This document shows positions 19,544 through 29,741 of a stretch of DNA of 64,000 nt, in pieces (the first letter of the stretch is position 1; each line of letters begins with the position of its first letter). The stretch spans positions 9,067 through 73,066 of the forward strand of contig JAYTHE010000043.1 in assembly GCA_043732705.1 (NCBI GenBank), read 5' to 3'. A program made the position numbers and the translations under genes. The notes below the pieces were generated by a model. That model did not search any database. It was not told the DNA's origin and worked only from the letters and a program-made list of their open reading frames with translations. This stretch comes from Candidatus Omnitrophota bacterium (GTDB taxonomy: Bacteria; Omnitrophota; Omnitrophia; Omnitrophales; Aquincolibacteriaceae).

Positions 19544-20221
19544 ATGTCAAATTTCATTTATAAAGTAAAAAGCGATTTTCGCGCTTGCATTGACCGTGAT
19601 CCCGCGGCACAAACCCCGTTCGGGTGGCTGGAAGTCGTGTTGCTCTATCCCGGCTTTCACGCTGTTTTGCTTTACCGTTTCGCGCATGTGATTCAATCCT
19701 GGAAAATCCCTTTTATTCCACGCCTGCTTTCGCAGCTGGGAAGGTTTTTTACCGGAGTCGAAATTCATTCCGGCGCTAAAATCGGCCCGGGGCTTTTTAT
19801 AGATCATGGCATGGGGGTTGTCATCGGAGAAACTTCCGAAATTGGGGAAAATGCGACGCTTTATCAAGGCGTGACTTTAGGCGGAACAGGGAATGAGCGC
19901 GGCAAGCGCCATCCGACTCTAGGAAATTGCGTTGTTGTGGGCGCCGGCGCGAAAGTGCTCGGGAATATTCGGATTGGTAATTGCGTGAAAGTGGGCGCCG
20001 GTTCCGTGGTTGTGCATTCGGTCCCGGATCATTGTACAGTGGTGGGCGTTCCCGCTGAAATTGTGCGCAAAGACGGCAAGAAAGTAAATCTAATCGATCT
20101 TGAACATGGCGATTTGCCTGATCCCGTACGCGAACTTAAAAACCGTATTCGCGCGCTTCAAAAAGAAGTTGAGACGCTTGAATCGCATCTCAAAGACCAA
20201 ACTGACAAATCCGCTTCTTAG
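19544..20221 (+). CDS. cysE: Serine O-acetyltransferase
   Basis: RDPAA, YPGFHA, TGVEIH, FIDHGMGVVIGET, GKRHPTLG hexapeptide repeats. Confidence 0.96.
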   Translation: MSNFIYKVKSDFRACIDRDPAAQTPFGWLEVVLLYPGFHAVLLYRFAHVIQSWKIPFIPRLLSQLGRFFTGVEIHSGAKIGPGLFIDHGMGVVIGETSEIGENATLYQGVTLGGTGNERGKRHPTLGNCVVVGAGAKVLGNIRIGNCVKVGAGSVVVHSVPDHCTVVGVPAEIVRKDGKKVNLIDLEHGDLPDPVRELKNRIRALQKEVETLESHLKDQTDKSAS

Positions 20222-20335
20222 CTTCATAAACAAGCAAAAGAGACAAAAATAGATTAATAAGAGCGCGCTTCCGGTTTGGTTTGAGTGTTAGGCTTGTAGC
20301 AAGACTTATAAAATAAGAATTAAGAGGGTGCGTGA

Positions 20336-20821
20336 ATGCCTGAATCGCAGCGGAGTCAAAAAGGTTTTACTTTGGTGGAAATAATGATTGTGGTCGCGAT
20401 TATCGGAATTGTTGTGACCGTTGCTATTCCGGCATTATTGCGCAGCCGCGTAAATGCGAATGAATCCGCCACTAAATCGAATCTGAGAACTTTTTCCAGC
20501 GCCATTGAAGCCTATCGTGCTGCGCAAACCGTTCCGTCCTATCCTGCGGATATCAGCAGCTTAACCGCGGCCACACCGGCCTATTTGGATACCACCTGGG
20601 GCGCGGGCATGACAACCACTAAGAGTGGATATAATTTTACTTATGTTTTTGGCGGCGCAGCTCAATATGCGATTTATGCCGAACCAGTGCAGGCCAATAT
20701 TACGGGCATCAGTTCTCTCTGTGTGGATGAAACAGGAGTTGTTTGGATTTCTGCCTCATCTGCAGGTGCTTTTTCCGGCTCACCCTGTTCGGGCGGTGCC
20801 GGCGCAACCGCGCTTCAATAA
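20336..20821 (+). CDS. Type IV pilin-like protein
   Basis: Prepilin cleavage/methylation motif KG-FTLVEIMIVVAIIG; C-terminal Cys pair. Confidence 0.9.
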   Translation: MPESQRSQKGFTLVEIMIVVAIIGIVVTVAIPALLRSRVNANESATKSNLRTFSSAIEAYRAAQTVPSYPADISSLTAATPAYLDTTWGAGMTTTKSGYNFTYVFGGAAQYAIYAEPVQANITGISSLCVDETGVVWISASSAGAFSGSPCSGGAGATALQ

Positions 20822-20828
20822 AATAAAA

Positions 20829-21245
20829 ATGCACTCCAAAATATTTTCCTATTCTGACGGCGGCGCGCGCGGTAATCCCGGCCCCGCGGCAATCGGCGTT
20901 CTTATTTGCGATGAAAAGGGAATATCTCTTTTTGAGCAGGGCGAAGTTATCGGTGATACCACCAATAATGTTGCCGAATATGAAGCCGTCATTAAAGCTT
21001 TGACACTTGCCGGAGAATTTGGCGCGCATGATATTACCCATCATATGGATAGTGAGCTTGTCAAAAAGCAGCTGACGGGGGAATACCGCCTGAAAGCCGA
21101 GCATTTGCGCCCGCTTTTTCTTAAAGTGAAAGATCTCGAAAAGAAATTTAAGAAAATCTCTTATGTCCATGTGCCGCGCGAACATCCCCAAATGAGACGG
21201 GCTGATCGGCAAGTGAATCGTGCCCTCGACGAAGCCGGCTACTAA
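20829..21245 (+). CDS. rnhA: Ribonuclease HI family protein
   Basis: YSDGGARGNPGPAAIG, TNNVAEYEA, DSELV, HVPRE, ADRQVN. Confidence 0.92.
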   Translation: MHSKIFSYSDGGARGNPGPAAIGVLICDEKGISLFEQGEVIGDTTNNVAEYEAVIKALTLAGEFGAHDITHHMDSELVKKQLTGEYRLKAEHLRPLFLKVKDLEKKFKKISYVHVPREHPQMRRADRQVNRALDEAGY

Positions 21246-21272
21246 CCTCTTTTTCTCTGCGAATTATGCCCG

Positions 21273-21518
21273 AGTTAGGTCATGAAAAAGTAAATGGCAC
21301 TGCTCAAACAACGGATGCTGCGCACCGAACTCGCATTTCCAATTACTTTTTCATAACTTTCGCGATAGGGGGGGGTGGGGCTTGGATCAGAGAAACAAGG
21401 TTGAGAAAGCCAAGTCTGTCGAAGATGCCGCTATTCAACCTTGCCACGCCATAGCTCATTCTTAGAAGAAGTTTCCGGCTTTATCTTCCCATGGCTCGGC
21501 CGAGCTGAGCCATGGGAA
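21273..21518 (+). repeat. ~250-nt structured element (family L, copy A)
   Basis: GCTCAAACA-hairpin-GAACTCG, CAGAGAAACAAG, AGTTTCC and a terminal hairpin. Confidence 0.8.
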
Positions 21519-21934
21519 CGTTTTTCCATTTCGGGTTTCCCGAGATGAAAAAAGGTATGACGGGAAACTATTTTGATGACCTTGATGCCTAAGTGTGGAA
21601 ACGGTGAGATTGCGTTTCCATTACCTTTGAATTTCAAGACTTGTTTCTCACCTTATAGCCTCTCTCCCCAACATTGCGAAGATACTCAAAAAAAGAAGGC
21701 CAATTTACGAGTTTTGTGCCAAAGGACACAACTGTCTGAGTAAATGGACTTCTCTTTTTGAGCGTAATCCAGCGTTTATTTAATACTTACTTCAAAGAGA
21801 AAAATCATTACATGCGTCCGATAATATTGACCCGATTTTGACCTATTTTAAGACCTGAGTTGTTACTTGTCCCGCGTGCCTTCTGGCCTGTAGAATACCC
21901 GCTCTTCATTCTTCAGAACGGACGAATAAAAGTC

Positions 21935-23788
21935 ATGAACTCAAAATCTACTGAAAAAATAGCGGGGCGCAGTCTTTTTTTTAACGGGGAAATCCCACGC
22001 CTCATTTTTAAATTTTTAGCCTCGCTGCAGCTTGCGGTCGGGACTTTAGTTACGCTCATGATTGTGCTTGCCGCCGGGACCATCGTTGAGTCGCGGTACA
22101 GCGCCGAAGCCGCAAAAATTTTGGTTTATAACACGCCCTGGTTCGGCCTTATTTTAATTGTACTTGTGATTAATTTAGCGTGTTCCGCGGCGGACCGCCT
22201 GCCTTGGCAGAAAAAACATATTGGTTTTGTTCTGACACATTTGGGAATTATTACGATTCTTGCCGGATCTCTCGCGACGCAAACATCCGCAGTCGACGGG
22301 CAAATTATGCTGGAAGAGGGCGGCACCGGGAAATGGGTGACGCTCAAGCAGCCCATGCTTTATCTTTATTCCCAAAATTTCAAAGACGAGCGCATGCTTG
22401 CTTTTAGAGAACACGCGTTTAAATGGAAAGGGCGCGAGCGGGTATATTCGGCCGTGCTCGATAAAACTCGCCCGGCGTCTGCTGAAAATAAATCCGTGGA
22501 AGTTAATATAACGCAGTTTTGGCCCAAAGTGAATTCGGAAACAAAGTGGGTTCCGGCGGCCGAGGGCCCGGCGGCAATCCAAGTCACTTTGCATAATCAG
22601 AGAATGAATGTGACGCAGTGGGTCGTGGATGCAGAGCTCAGCCGCGAAGTTCAAATGGGGCCTGCCACGTTAAGATTTGCTTCCGAATTACTGCAGCCCG
22701 TTGCCGACATGAGCGATAAGCCTTATCTGGAAATTCAACGCGGCGATGAAAAGCTGCAAATTCCTGTTCCCGAAAAGAAAGCGCTGCCTTATGAAAAAAC
22801 TTTTGATAACGGGGTCAGCGTCAAGGTTACTGAACTTTATGACCATGCTTATGTCGAAGAAAATGTTTTGAAAGAAGGGTCGGCGCCTGAACACGCCGAA
22901 AATCCCGCAGCGGTACTGCAAATATCTGCCTCTGTGCCTTCGGCACAACTTAATTCTAGCTCTGCGCTTTCAGCGCAACCGCTAACGGAACAGCATACGG
23001 TGTTCGCAAATTTTCCTGATTTTCCCACGGTGCATGGACGCCCTGACAGCGCGTTGGGCGTTGTTGTTCAATACCGCCGTCCGAATTCAGGTTCCAAAGG
23101 CGAAAGCCATGAGTTGCGTTTTGTCGCGATGCCGGGCGGAATTCAATATCAAATTCAAACCGGAACAAAATTGCAGCAGGGGCCGGTTGAGCTAGGACGC
23201 GAAATTGGGACAGGCTGGATGGATTTGCAATTCCGCGTGGAGCAGGTTTTACCGCATGCCGTCTCCGATTTAAACGTTATCCCGCTTGATGATGATGACA
23301 AAAGTGACTCTGCTGCCGGCGCGGCTGAGATTGAAATTAAATCTGCTACGGAATCAAAAAAGTTTTGGGTCGTGGAAGGCGTTCATAAAAGCGTGATGTT
23401 TGACGACGGGCTTTTTGAAATTATTTTTGGCCGGCGTCAGCTCGGCCTCGGTTTTGAACTCGCGTTAAAAGATTTTCGCGTGAAAAACGATCCGGGCACC
23501 AATAAACCGGCCTCTTTTGAAAGCGACGTTGTTTTAAAAGATTTTGCGCGCGGAACCTCGGTTGAAAAAACGATTTCGATGAATCAGCCCCTGGCGTACC
23601 GCGGATTTAAAATTTATCAGGCGGGCTATACGCCGAATCCCGGCGGTAAGGATGTTTCGGTTTTTGCTGTCGGCCGTGATCCCGGTGTTCCGGTGAAATA
23701 TGCCGGCGCAATAATTATGGTGGCAGGCATTTTATTGATGTTTTATACGCGGCCTTATTCGCTCCGCAATGAAAAAGGACTCAAATGA
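21935..23788 (+). CDS. Cytochrome c biogenesis protein ResB/Ccs1 family
   Basis: LASLQLAV, GTIVES, GFVLTHLG, ISMNQPL..GFKIYQ, RDPG motifs; adjacent to ccsA. Confidence 0.88.
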   Translation: MNSKSTEKIAGRSLFFNGEIPRLIFKFLASLQLAVGTLVTLMIVLAAGTIVESRYSAEAAKILVYNTPWFGLILIVLVINLACSAADRLPWQKKHIGFVLTHLGIITILAGSLATQTSAVDGQIMLEEGGTGKWVTLKQPMLYLYSQNFKDERMLAFREHAFKWKGRERVYSAVLDKTRPASAENKSVEVNITQFWPKVNSETKWVPAAEGPAAIQVTLHNQRMNVTQWVVDAELSREVQMGPATLRFASELLQPVADMSDKPYLEIQRGDEKLQIPVPEKKALPYEKTFDNGVSVKVTELYDHAYVEENVLKEGSAPEHAENPAAVLQISASVPSAQLNSSSALSAQPLTEQHTVFANFPDFPTVHGRPDSALGVVVQYRRPNSGSKGESHELRFVAMPGGIQYQIQTGTKLQQGPVELGREIGTGWMDLQFRVEQVLPHAVSDLNVIPLDDDDKSDSAAGAAEIEIKSATESKKFWVVEGVHKSVMFDDGLFEIIFGRRQLGLGFELALKDFRVKNDPGTNKPASFESDVVLKDFARGTSVEKTISMNQPLAYRGFKIYQAGYTPNPGGKDVSVFAVGRDPGVPVKYAGAIIMVAGILLMFYTRPYSLRNEKGLK

Positions 23789-25506
23789 CAGTTCAAATCA
23801 GTATAAATAAAAAAATTATTTCCGGATTTCGTTTGTTAGCAGTTGGCTTTTTGCTAACGACCGTTTGCATGGGACAAGCCTGGGCTGCCGAAAAAAGCTG
23901 GCAAGAAACACTGTCCTCTATTCCCGTCCAGCAGGGCGGACGCGTTAAACCGTTTGAGTCTTTCGCGCGTGAAGCGATTTTATACGTTACGAGCCGAACC
24001 GCCTGGCATAAACAGCCTGCCACGCAAACAGTTTGGGAATGGATTGTGACTCCCGAAAAATGGATTTCCGAGCCGTTGATTTATGTGGCTGCGCCGCAGG
24101 TGCGGAGTGAATTCGGTTTAAAACTGATCGGAAAACGCGTTTCGGCTGAAGTTGTTATGGGCGAGAAAGCTTTTGTCCAAAAAGTGGAAGATGCTATCCA
24201 GCGCCGCGAGAAACACGGATCACTTTCTTTTACCGATAAAAAACGCATTGAAGTTTATGAGCGTGCGGTATTTTTATCCCAGCTGGGCGACGGCGAGTTT
24301 CCCGGCTGGATTCCTCAGCCGCAAACTCCGCAGGGCGCCTGGCTCAAGTTTGCTGATTTTGCCGCCGCGCCTGCGGAATGGATGCGCGACTTGCCGCAGA
24401 CAGAATTACAGAATTTTAAAAAATCCGCGGAAGAATTTGCCGCGCCCTTTAAAGCCGAAAAAACCGACGATGCCGCAAAGGCGATTGCCGCGCAGAACTT
24501 CAGAAAAACACTCGAGGCTGTTTGGTCGCGCGCGGGCATGGTCATGGACCAAAGTATTGTCGATAAAGAAATTTTTTATAACCGCCTGCATGCTTTTGGC
24601 CGCGGCTCTAAACTTTATTTGCTTGCGGCGCTTTTCTTTCTTCTTAATTTATTTTCGCGCCGCAGCCGGAAGCGTGACCGCAGTTATTCTTTGATTTTGG
24701 GCTTGGCGGCTTATGCCGGCGCGCTTTTACTGCATGCGCTTGGATTTTATTTACGCTGTACGATTTCCGGCCGCGCGCCTGTGACGAACATGTACGAATC
24801 GCTGGTTTGGGTTTCGCTCGCCGTCGCGGTTTTTTCGCTGCCGATTTATTATCATTCGCGGCATCTGACCGTGCTTGTGATTTCCTCTTTCGTTGCGGCT
24901 TTGGGTTTATTGCTTGCCGAATCTTTTCCGGCCGTGCTTGATCCGGCGCTTTCGCCGCTTGTGCCTGTATTGCGCAGCAATTTATGGCTGACCATTCACG
25001 TGTTGACGATTACGATGAGTTACGGTGCTTTCGCGCTGGGCTGGGGCTTGGGTCATGCGGTTGTTTTTGGTTATGCTTTTAGAAATACCGCCGCCAAAGC
25101 GGAAAGTTTAAACACGCTTGCGAACGCGGTTTACCGCGCGCTTCAAATCGGCGTAGTCCTGCTTGCTGCCGGAACTATTCTCGGCGGAGTTTGGGCAAAT
25201 TATTCGTGGGGCCGTTTTTGGGGCTGGGATCCGAAAGAGACTTGGGCTTTGATTGCCTTGCTCGGCTATCTGGTTGTTTTGCACGGAAGATTTATCGGCT
25301 GGTATGGCCCCTTTGGAATTGCGATGGGCGCGGTGCTCGCTTTTATGGGGATTGTGATGGCGTGGTATGGCGTCAACTTTGTGCTTGCGGCCGGACTGCA
25401 TAGTTATGGATTTGGCGGCGGCGGATATCCTTACGTTGCGTCGTTTGTTTTGGCGGACTTATTGTTGGTTGGTTTTGCGGCATGGAAACATAAAAGAAAA
25501 AGTTGA
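23785..25506 (+). CDS. ccsA: Cytochrome c biogenesis protein CcsA/ResC
   Basis: GRAPVTNMYES, WLTIHV, WANYSWGRFWGWDPKETW (WWD motif), GLHSY. Confidence 0.95.
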   Translation: MTVQISINKKIISGFRLLAVGFLLTTVCMGQAWAAEKSWQETLSSIPVQQGGRVKPFESFAREAILYVTSRTAWHKQPATQTVWEWIVTPEKWISEPLIYVAAPQVRSEFGLKLIGKRVSAEVVMGEKAFVQKVEDAIQRREKHGSLSFTDKKRIEVYERAVFLSQLGDGEFPGWIPQPQTPQGAWLKFADFAAAPAEWMRDLPQTELQNFKKSAEEFAAPFKAEKTDDAAKAIAAQNFRKTLEAVWSRAGMVMDQSIVDKEIFYNRLHAFGRGSKLYLLAALFFLLNLFSRRSRKRDRSYSLILGLAAYAGALLLHALGFYLRCTISGRAPVTNMYESLVWVSLAVAVFSLPIYYHSRHLTVLVISSFVAALGLLLAESFPAVLDPALSPLVPVLRSNLWLTIHVLTITMSYGAFALGWGLGHAVVFGYAFRNTAAKAESLNTLANAVYRALQIGVVLLAAGTILGGVWANYSWGRFWGWDPKETWALIALLGYLVVLHGRFIGWYGPFGIAMGAVLAFMGIVMAWYGVNFVLAAGLHSYGFGGGGYPYVASFVLADLLLVGFAAWKHKRKS

Positions 25507-25568
25507 TTCAAAATAATTTTTTGTCCTGCTCGAACGCAAAACATTTTTGTGCTTGGGATTTATTCGTT

Positions 25569-25642
25569 GTCATTGCGAGAGAGCGTAGCGACCGAAGCAA
25601 TCTCGAGATTGCCACGTCGGCTTTCAGCCTCCTCGCAATGAC
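25569..25642. repeat. REP-like palindromic element GTCATTGCGAG...CTCGCAATGAC
   Basis: 11-bp terminal inverted repeat with internal GAAGCAATCTC/GAGATTGCC. Confidence 0.85.
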
Positions 25643-25675
25643 GCGGTGTTAGAATTTAGAGTTTAAGAAAAGAGT

Positions 25676-26563
25676 ATGAAAAAATTACACAATCTTAGTT
25701 TGTTCGCGGCATTTTCGGGAATGGTGCTGATTGTTGCCGGTGGTCTTGTAACGAGTCATCAGGCGGGGCTTTCCGTCCCTGATTGGCCGCTGTCTTACGG
25801 CAAGCTGATGCCGCCGATGATCGGAAAAATTTTCTGGGAACATGGGCATCGCATGATCGCGAGCTTTGTCGGGTTTCTCACGCTTGTGATGTGTATCTGG
25901 ACGCATTGCCAAAGCGGTGCGAGCGCGAAACTGAAAAGCTTTTCACGGGTATTGGTTGAGCTTGTAATTTTGCAGGGCGTTTTCGGCGGCCTCACCGTGC
26001 TTTACAATTTGCCGCACGCAGTTTCAATCTTGCACGCTTCGCTCGGCCAGATTTTTTTTAGTTCGCTGGTTTGTTTTGCTTATGCCGTTAAATGCGAAGC
26101 CGAGCCGTTATTGTTTCAGATTTCCGATGAGAAGAAGCCTCTTCTTGTTAAAGCTTTCCGGATCGCTCGTGTCACCGCTTTTATTTTTCTCTTTCAACTT
26201 TTTTTAGGTGCCGCGACTCGGCATATGAAACACATGCATGTGGCCTGGACGCACGCGGGCTTCGCCTTAATCGTTGCAACGCATGTTGTTTTGGTTTTCT
26301 TGCGGGTTTCCGGACTGCATCTGGAAGATCAAGCGCCTTTGCGCGCGTCGGTATTTTTACTCGGCGCGGTTATGCTGCAACTCGTGCTCGGCGCAGGGAG
26401 CCTTGGTTTTACGCAATTTATGGAACGCGGCCTTCAGCCTTCCACCATGCAAATTTGGTTTACGACTTTCCATCAAAGTTTGGGCGCTGCACTTCTGGCA
26501 ACCATCGCACTTTTAACTTTGATGCTGGCGAAACGGGTCAAGATTTCTTCAGGCGCGCGTTAA
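25676..26563 (+). CDS. ctaA: Heme A synthase (COX15/CtaA family)
   Basis: PDWP, WEHGHR and three further conserved His in about 8 TM helices; next to ctaB. Confidence 0.88.
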   Translation: MKKLHNLSLFAAFSGMVLIVAGGLVTSHQAGLSVPDWPLSYGKLMPPMIGKIFWEHGHRMIASFVGFLTLVMCIWTHCQSGASAKLKSFSRVLVELVILQGVFGGLTVLYNLPHAVSILHASLGQIFFSSLVCFAYAVKCEAEPLLFQISDEKKPLLVKAFRIARVTAFIFLFQLFLGAATRHMKHMHVAWTHAGFALIVATHVVLVFLRVSGLHLEDQAPLRASVFLLGAVMLQLVLGAGSLGFTQFMERGLQPSTMQIWFTTFHQSLGAALLATIALLTLMLAKRVKISSGAR

Positions 26564-27435
26564 TGCTGAAAACCCTCGCGGAATTGACGAAAATCCGGCT
26601 GGTTTTTTTAACGCTTTTAAGTGCAATGGCCGGGTTTTATCTGGCGCCCGGAAAATTTAATTTTTTTGCTTTTCTTTGCATGGCTTTCGGAACAGGAATC
26701 GCCGCAGCCGGCGCGATGGCCCTGAATGAGTGGATGGAAATCGAAGAAGACCGGAAAATGAAGCGCACTGAAAAGCGTCCGCTGCCTTCCGGCAAGGTGA
26801 AGCCCGCCCACGCTTTTTGGATCGGATTTATTCTTTGTATTTTGGGTTTCGCGATTTTGATTTTAACTTTGCCCGGGCTTTGCGCGCTGGTGACAATCAG
26901 TATTGTAGGTTCTTATCTTTTTGCTTATACGCCCGCAAAGAAAAAATCATCGCTGAATACGATCATTGGGGCAGTCCCGGGCGCTTTGCCGCCGGTTGCC
27001 GGCTGGGCCGCAAGTACGGGGCATTTGTCTTTTGAAGCGTGGATTTTAGCGAGCATTATTTTTTTATGGCAGCTGCCGCACTTTTTGTCTTTGGCGTGGG
27101 TATACCGCGCGGATTATGAAAAAGCCGGCTTCGTGATGCTGACCGTGGAAGAAAAAAATCCGGCGCGTATCCGTGAAAAAGTCATGCTGTATACTTTTGC
27201 TTTAGTGCCCGTAAGCCTTCTGCCGTCGCTTACGGGATTAACCGGAAAGATTTATTTTTTTGGCGCGCTGGGACTTGGAATCGGTTTTTGCTGGAAAGCG
27301 CTGAAAGATTTGCGCGATTTGGATAAAGGCGCAAAGCCTTTTTTCTTTTATTCGATTTTTTATTTATTTTTGCTTCAGCTCTTAATGGTTTTTGACAAAC
27401 AACATGAAGTCAGTCTTCAGGCGGTAACTCAGTGA
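26563..27435 (+). CDS. ctaB: Protoheme IX farnesyltransferase (heme O synthase)
   Basis: LTKIRL, DRKMKRTEKRPLPSG, GAVPGALPPVAGW, WQLPHFLSLA. Confidence 0.95.
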   Translation: MLKTLAELTKIRLVFLTLLSAMAGFYLAPGKFNFFAFLCMAFGTGIAAAGAMALNEWMEIEEDRKMKRTEKRPLPSGKVKPAHAFWIGFILCILGFAILILTLPGLCALVTISIVGSYLFAYTPAKKKSSLNTIIGAVPGALPPVAGWAASTGHLSFEAWILASIIFLWQLPHFLSLAWVYRADYEKAGFVMLTVEEKNPARIREKVMLYTFALVPVSLLPSLTGLTGKIYFFGALGLGIGFCWKALKDLRDLDKGAKPFFFYSIFYLFLLQLLMVFDKQHEVSLQAVTQ

Positions 27436-28370
27436 TTCGTATCGAAAATCTCGAATTCAGTTATAAAACAAAAAAAGTTTTAAACGGTCTCAGCCTGGAA
27501 ATTCCGGACGGAACTGTTTTTGGCATGCTTGGACCGAACGGCTCCGGCAAGACAACTTTATTTCGAATTTTAAGCACCATGCTTGCTCCGCAAAAAGGCA
27601 GTGTGACTTGGCTCGGCTATGACCTGGCGCGTGAGGCCGCCGCAGTCCGTGCAACTTTAGGCGTGGTTTTTCAATATCCGAGTTTGGACCCGCAGCTTAC
27701 TATCGAAGAAAACTTAAAATGCCAGGGCGCTTTATACGGTCTCGGAGGAAAAGAGCTGCAGGCTAAAATCGAAGACCGCTTAAAAAAGCTAGGGGTTTGG
27801 GATCGCCGTACTTCAAAAGCACGGGAACTTTCGGGTGGCTTGAAACGCCGTGTTGAGCTTGCGAAAGCCTTAATCCATGAGCCGCAGGTTTTGCTTTTAG
27901 ACGAACCTTCCACTGGTTTGGACCCGCGCGCGCGCGCCGAACTTTGGAATTTCCTTTTGGAGTTAAACCGTGAAAAGAAAACGACCATGCTTGTGACGAC
28001 GCATTTGATGGAAGAAGCCGAAAAATGCTCACGCCTTGTGATTATGGACGAGGGCCGTGTTATCGCGCAGGGAACGCCGTCCGAATTAAAATCGGGACTT
28101 GGCGTGGGATCAATTTGGATTGAAACCGAAGAGCTTGCCGATCTGGATTCGGCGATTCAAAAAAGATTTCAAATTAAACCTGTACGCGTTCCGACGGGGC
28201 TGAAATTGAATCATGCCGAACCGCACCGCTTGATCGCCGATTTGATCGAGGCTTTTCCCGGCAAGATGGACTCGGTCGCTTTTCACAAGCCCAGCTTGGA
28301 AGATGTATTTTTACAAAAAACCGGGCGCATTTTTGAAGCCGGAGAGGTTGTGGTCCATGGAAAAAAATAA
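27432..28370 (+). CDS. ABC transporter ATP-binding protein (DrrA-like)
   Basis: GPNGSGKTT, LSGG, LLLDEPSTGLDP, TTH. Confidence 0.93.
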   Translation: MIRIENLEFSYKTKKVLNGLSLEIPDGTVFGMLGPNGSGKTTLFRILSTMLAPQKGSVTWLGYDLAREAAAVRATLGVVFQYPSLDPQLTIEENLKCQGALYGLGGKELQAKIEDRLKKLGVWDRRTSKARELSGGLKRRVELAKALIHEPQVLLLDEPSTGLDPRARAELWNFLLELNREKKTTMLVTTHLMEEAEKCSRLVIMDEGRVIAQGTPSELKSGLGVGSIWIETEELADLDSAIQKRFQIKPVRVPTGLKLNHAEPHRLIADLIEAFPGKMDSVAFHKPSLEDVFLQKTGRIFEAGEVVVHGKK

Positions 28371-29148
28371 AACCGTATCGAATAACTGGGGCGCGGCCAC
28401 AATGTTATGGTGGCGCGAGATCATCCGTTTTTACCGCCAGCCGAGCCGCGTGGCGGCCGCGATTTTATCGCCGTTTCTTTTTTGGTTTTTGATCGGCTCC
28501 GGCGTGGGGCGCACTTTTTCATCGGGCGGCGGGAGCAGCCATTACCTGGAATATTTTTTCCCCGGAGCGATTTTGCTCGTGATTTTATTTGCCGCTGTTT
28601 TTTCAACCATTTCAATCATTGAAGACCGGCGCGAAGGCTTTTTGCAATCGGTGATGGTAGCGCCCGTTTCACGCGCTTCCATTCCGCTTGGAAAAATTTT
28701 AGGCAGCACGAGTCTGGCTTTTTTTCAGTCCGTGCTTTTTATGGGGTTGGCAGTGGTGATGGGCATGCGACTGCACGGAACCCAGCTTGCGGCGACCGTA
28801 TTTGCGGTTTTACTCAGCTCCTTTTTGCTTTCAACTCTCGGGTTTTTAATGGCCTGGCAATTCCGTTCGATTCAGGGTTTTCATGCTGTCATGAATATGC
28901 TGCTCATGCCGATGTGGTTTTTGTCGGGCGCCATTTTTCCTGATACCGGCGCAGCGGTCTGGATTCGTATTTTGATGCATCTCAATCCGTTGTTTTACGG
29001 ACACAAATTGCTTTGTTCTGCGCTGGCTATTCCGGGCACGCCCGCTCAAACCGGCTGGACTTCAAGCGCGGTTATGATTGCTTCCGTTATTGTGCTTTGG
29101 ATTATTGCTGCTATTCAGGTATCAAAGAAAACTGGCATGGAATCCTAA
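28357..29148 (+). CDS. ABC-2 type transporter permease
   Basis: About 6 TM helices; DRREGFL, LSGAIFP and LNPL motifs. Confidence 0.9.
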   Translation: MEKNKTVSNNWGAATMLWWREIIRFYRQPSRVAAAILSPFLFWFLIGSGVGRTFSSGGGSSHYLEYFFPGAILLVILFAAVFSTISIIEDRREGFLQSVMVAPVSRASIPLGKILGSTSLAFFQSVLFMGLAVVMGMRLHGTQLAATVFAVLLSSFLLSTLGFLMAWQFRSIQGFHAVMNMLLMPMWFLSGAIFPDTGAAVWIRILMHLNPLFYGHKLLCSALAIPGTPAQTGWTSSAVMIASVIVLWIIAAIQVSKKTGMES

Positions 29149-29738
29149 TGCGTAATTGGCAATTATGGCTTGTCGCGGTGTTATTGGTGGTCGCTGGATT
29201 TTTTGCGGCGGTTAAAAAAGTTCATCAGGATTTACCGGTTTACACGCAAGTCCCCGCGTTTGAATTTCAAGATCAGAACGGAAAGCCTTTTTCAAGCGTA
29301 ATGCTTTCTAATCGTGTCTGGGTTGCCGGTTTTATTTTTACGCGCTGTATGGGGCCATGCCCTTTGATTTCGGCCAAAATGGCCGAATTAAAAAAACGTC
29401 TCCATTACTCCGACCGCTTTTCGCTGGTTTCTTTTACCGTGGACCCAGATTACGATACGCCCGAAAAACTGAAAGAATATTCCGTAAAATTTGAAAGAGA
29501 AGGCAGGCCGTCCTGGTATTTTCTGACAGGCGCGAAAGAAAAGATTTATGAAATTGCGGTTAAAACTTTCATGCAAACCGCTTCGCAGGATCCGTCGCAA
29601 AAAGACATCCAGGCGCGTTTCATGCATGGTACCCGGCTTTCGCTTGTGGATGACAAAGGACGTGTCCGCGGATTTTATAGTATTTCAGATGCTGATGCCG
29701 CAGAGCGGCTCGAGCGCGACATTCGCGCGATCCTCTAA
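29148..29738 (+). CDS. SCO1/SenC copper chaperone
   Basis: FTRCMGPCP, TVDPDYDTP, conserved His (MHGT). Confidence 0.93.
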   Translation: MRNWQLWLVAVLLVVAGFFAAVKKVHQDLPVYTQVPAFEFQDQNGKPFSSVMLSNRVWVAGFIFTRCMGPCPLISAKMAELKKRLHYSDRFSLVSFTVDPDYDTPEKLKEYSVKFEREGRPSWYFLTGAKEKIYEIAVKTFMQTASQDPSQKDIQARFMHGTRLSLVDDKGRVRGFYSISDADAAERLERDIRAIL

Positions 29739-29741
29739 AAA

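Noticed and set aside
20625-20828. Long upstream extensions in the ORF track for RNase HI (also ctaB, SCO, the permease, MMPL and the resB-like gene)
   Set aside because: Most overlap the upstream gene; downstream ATGs match family starts and operon coupling
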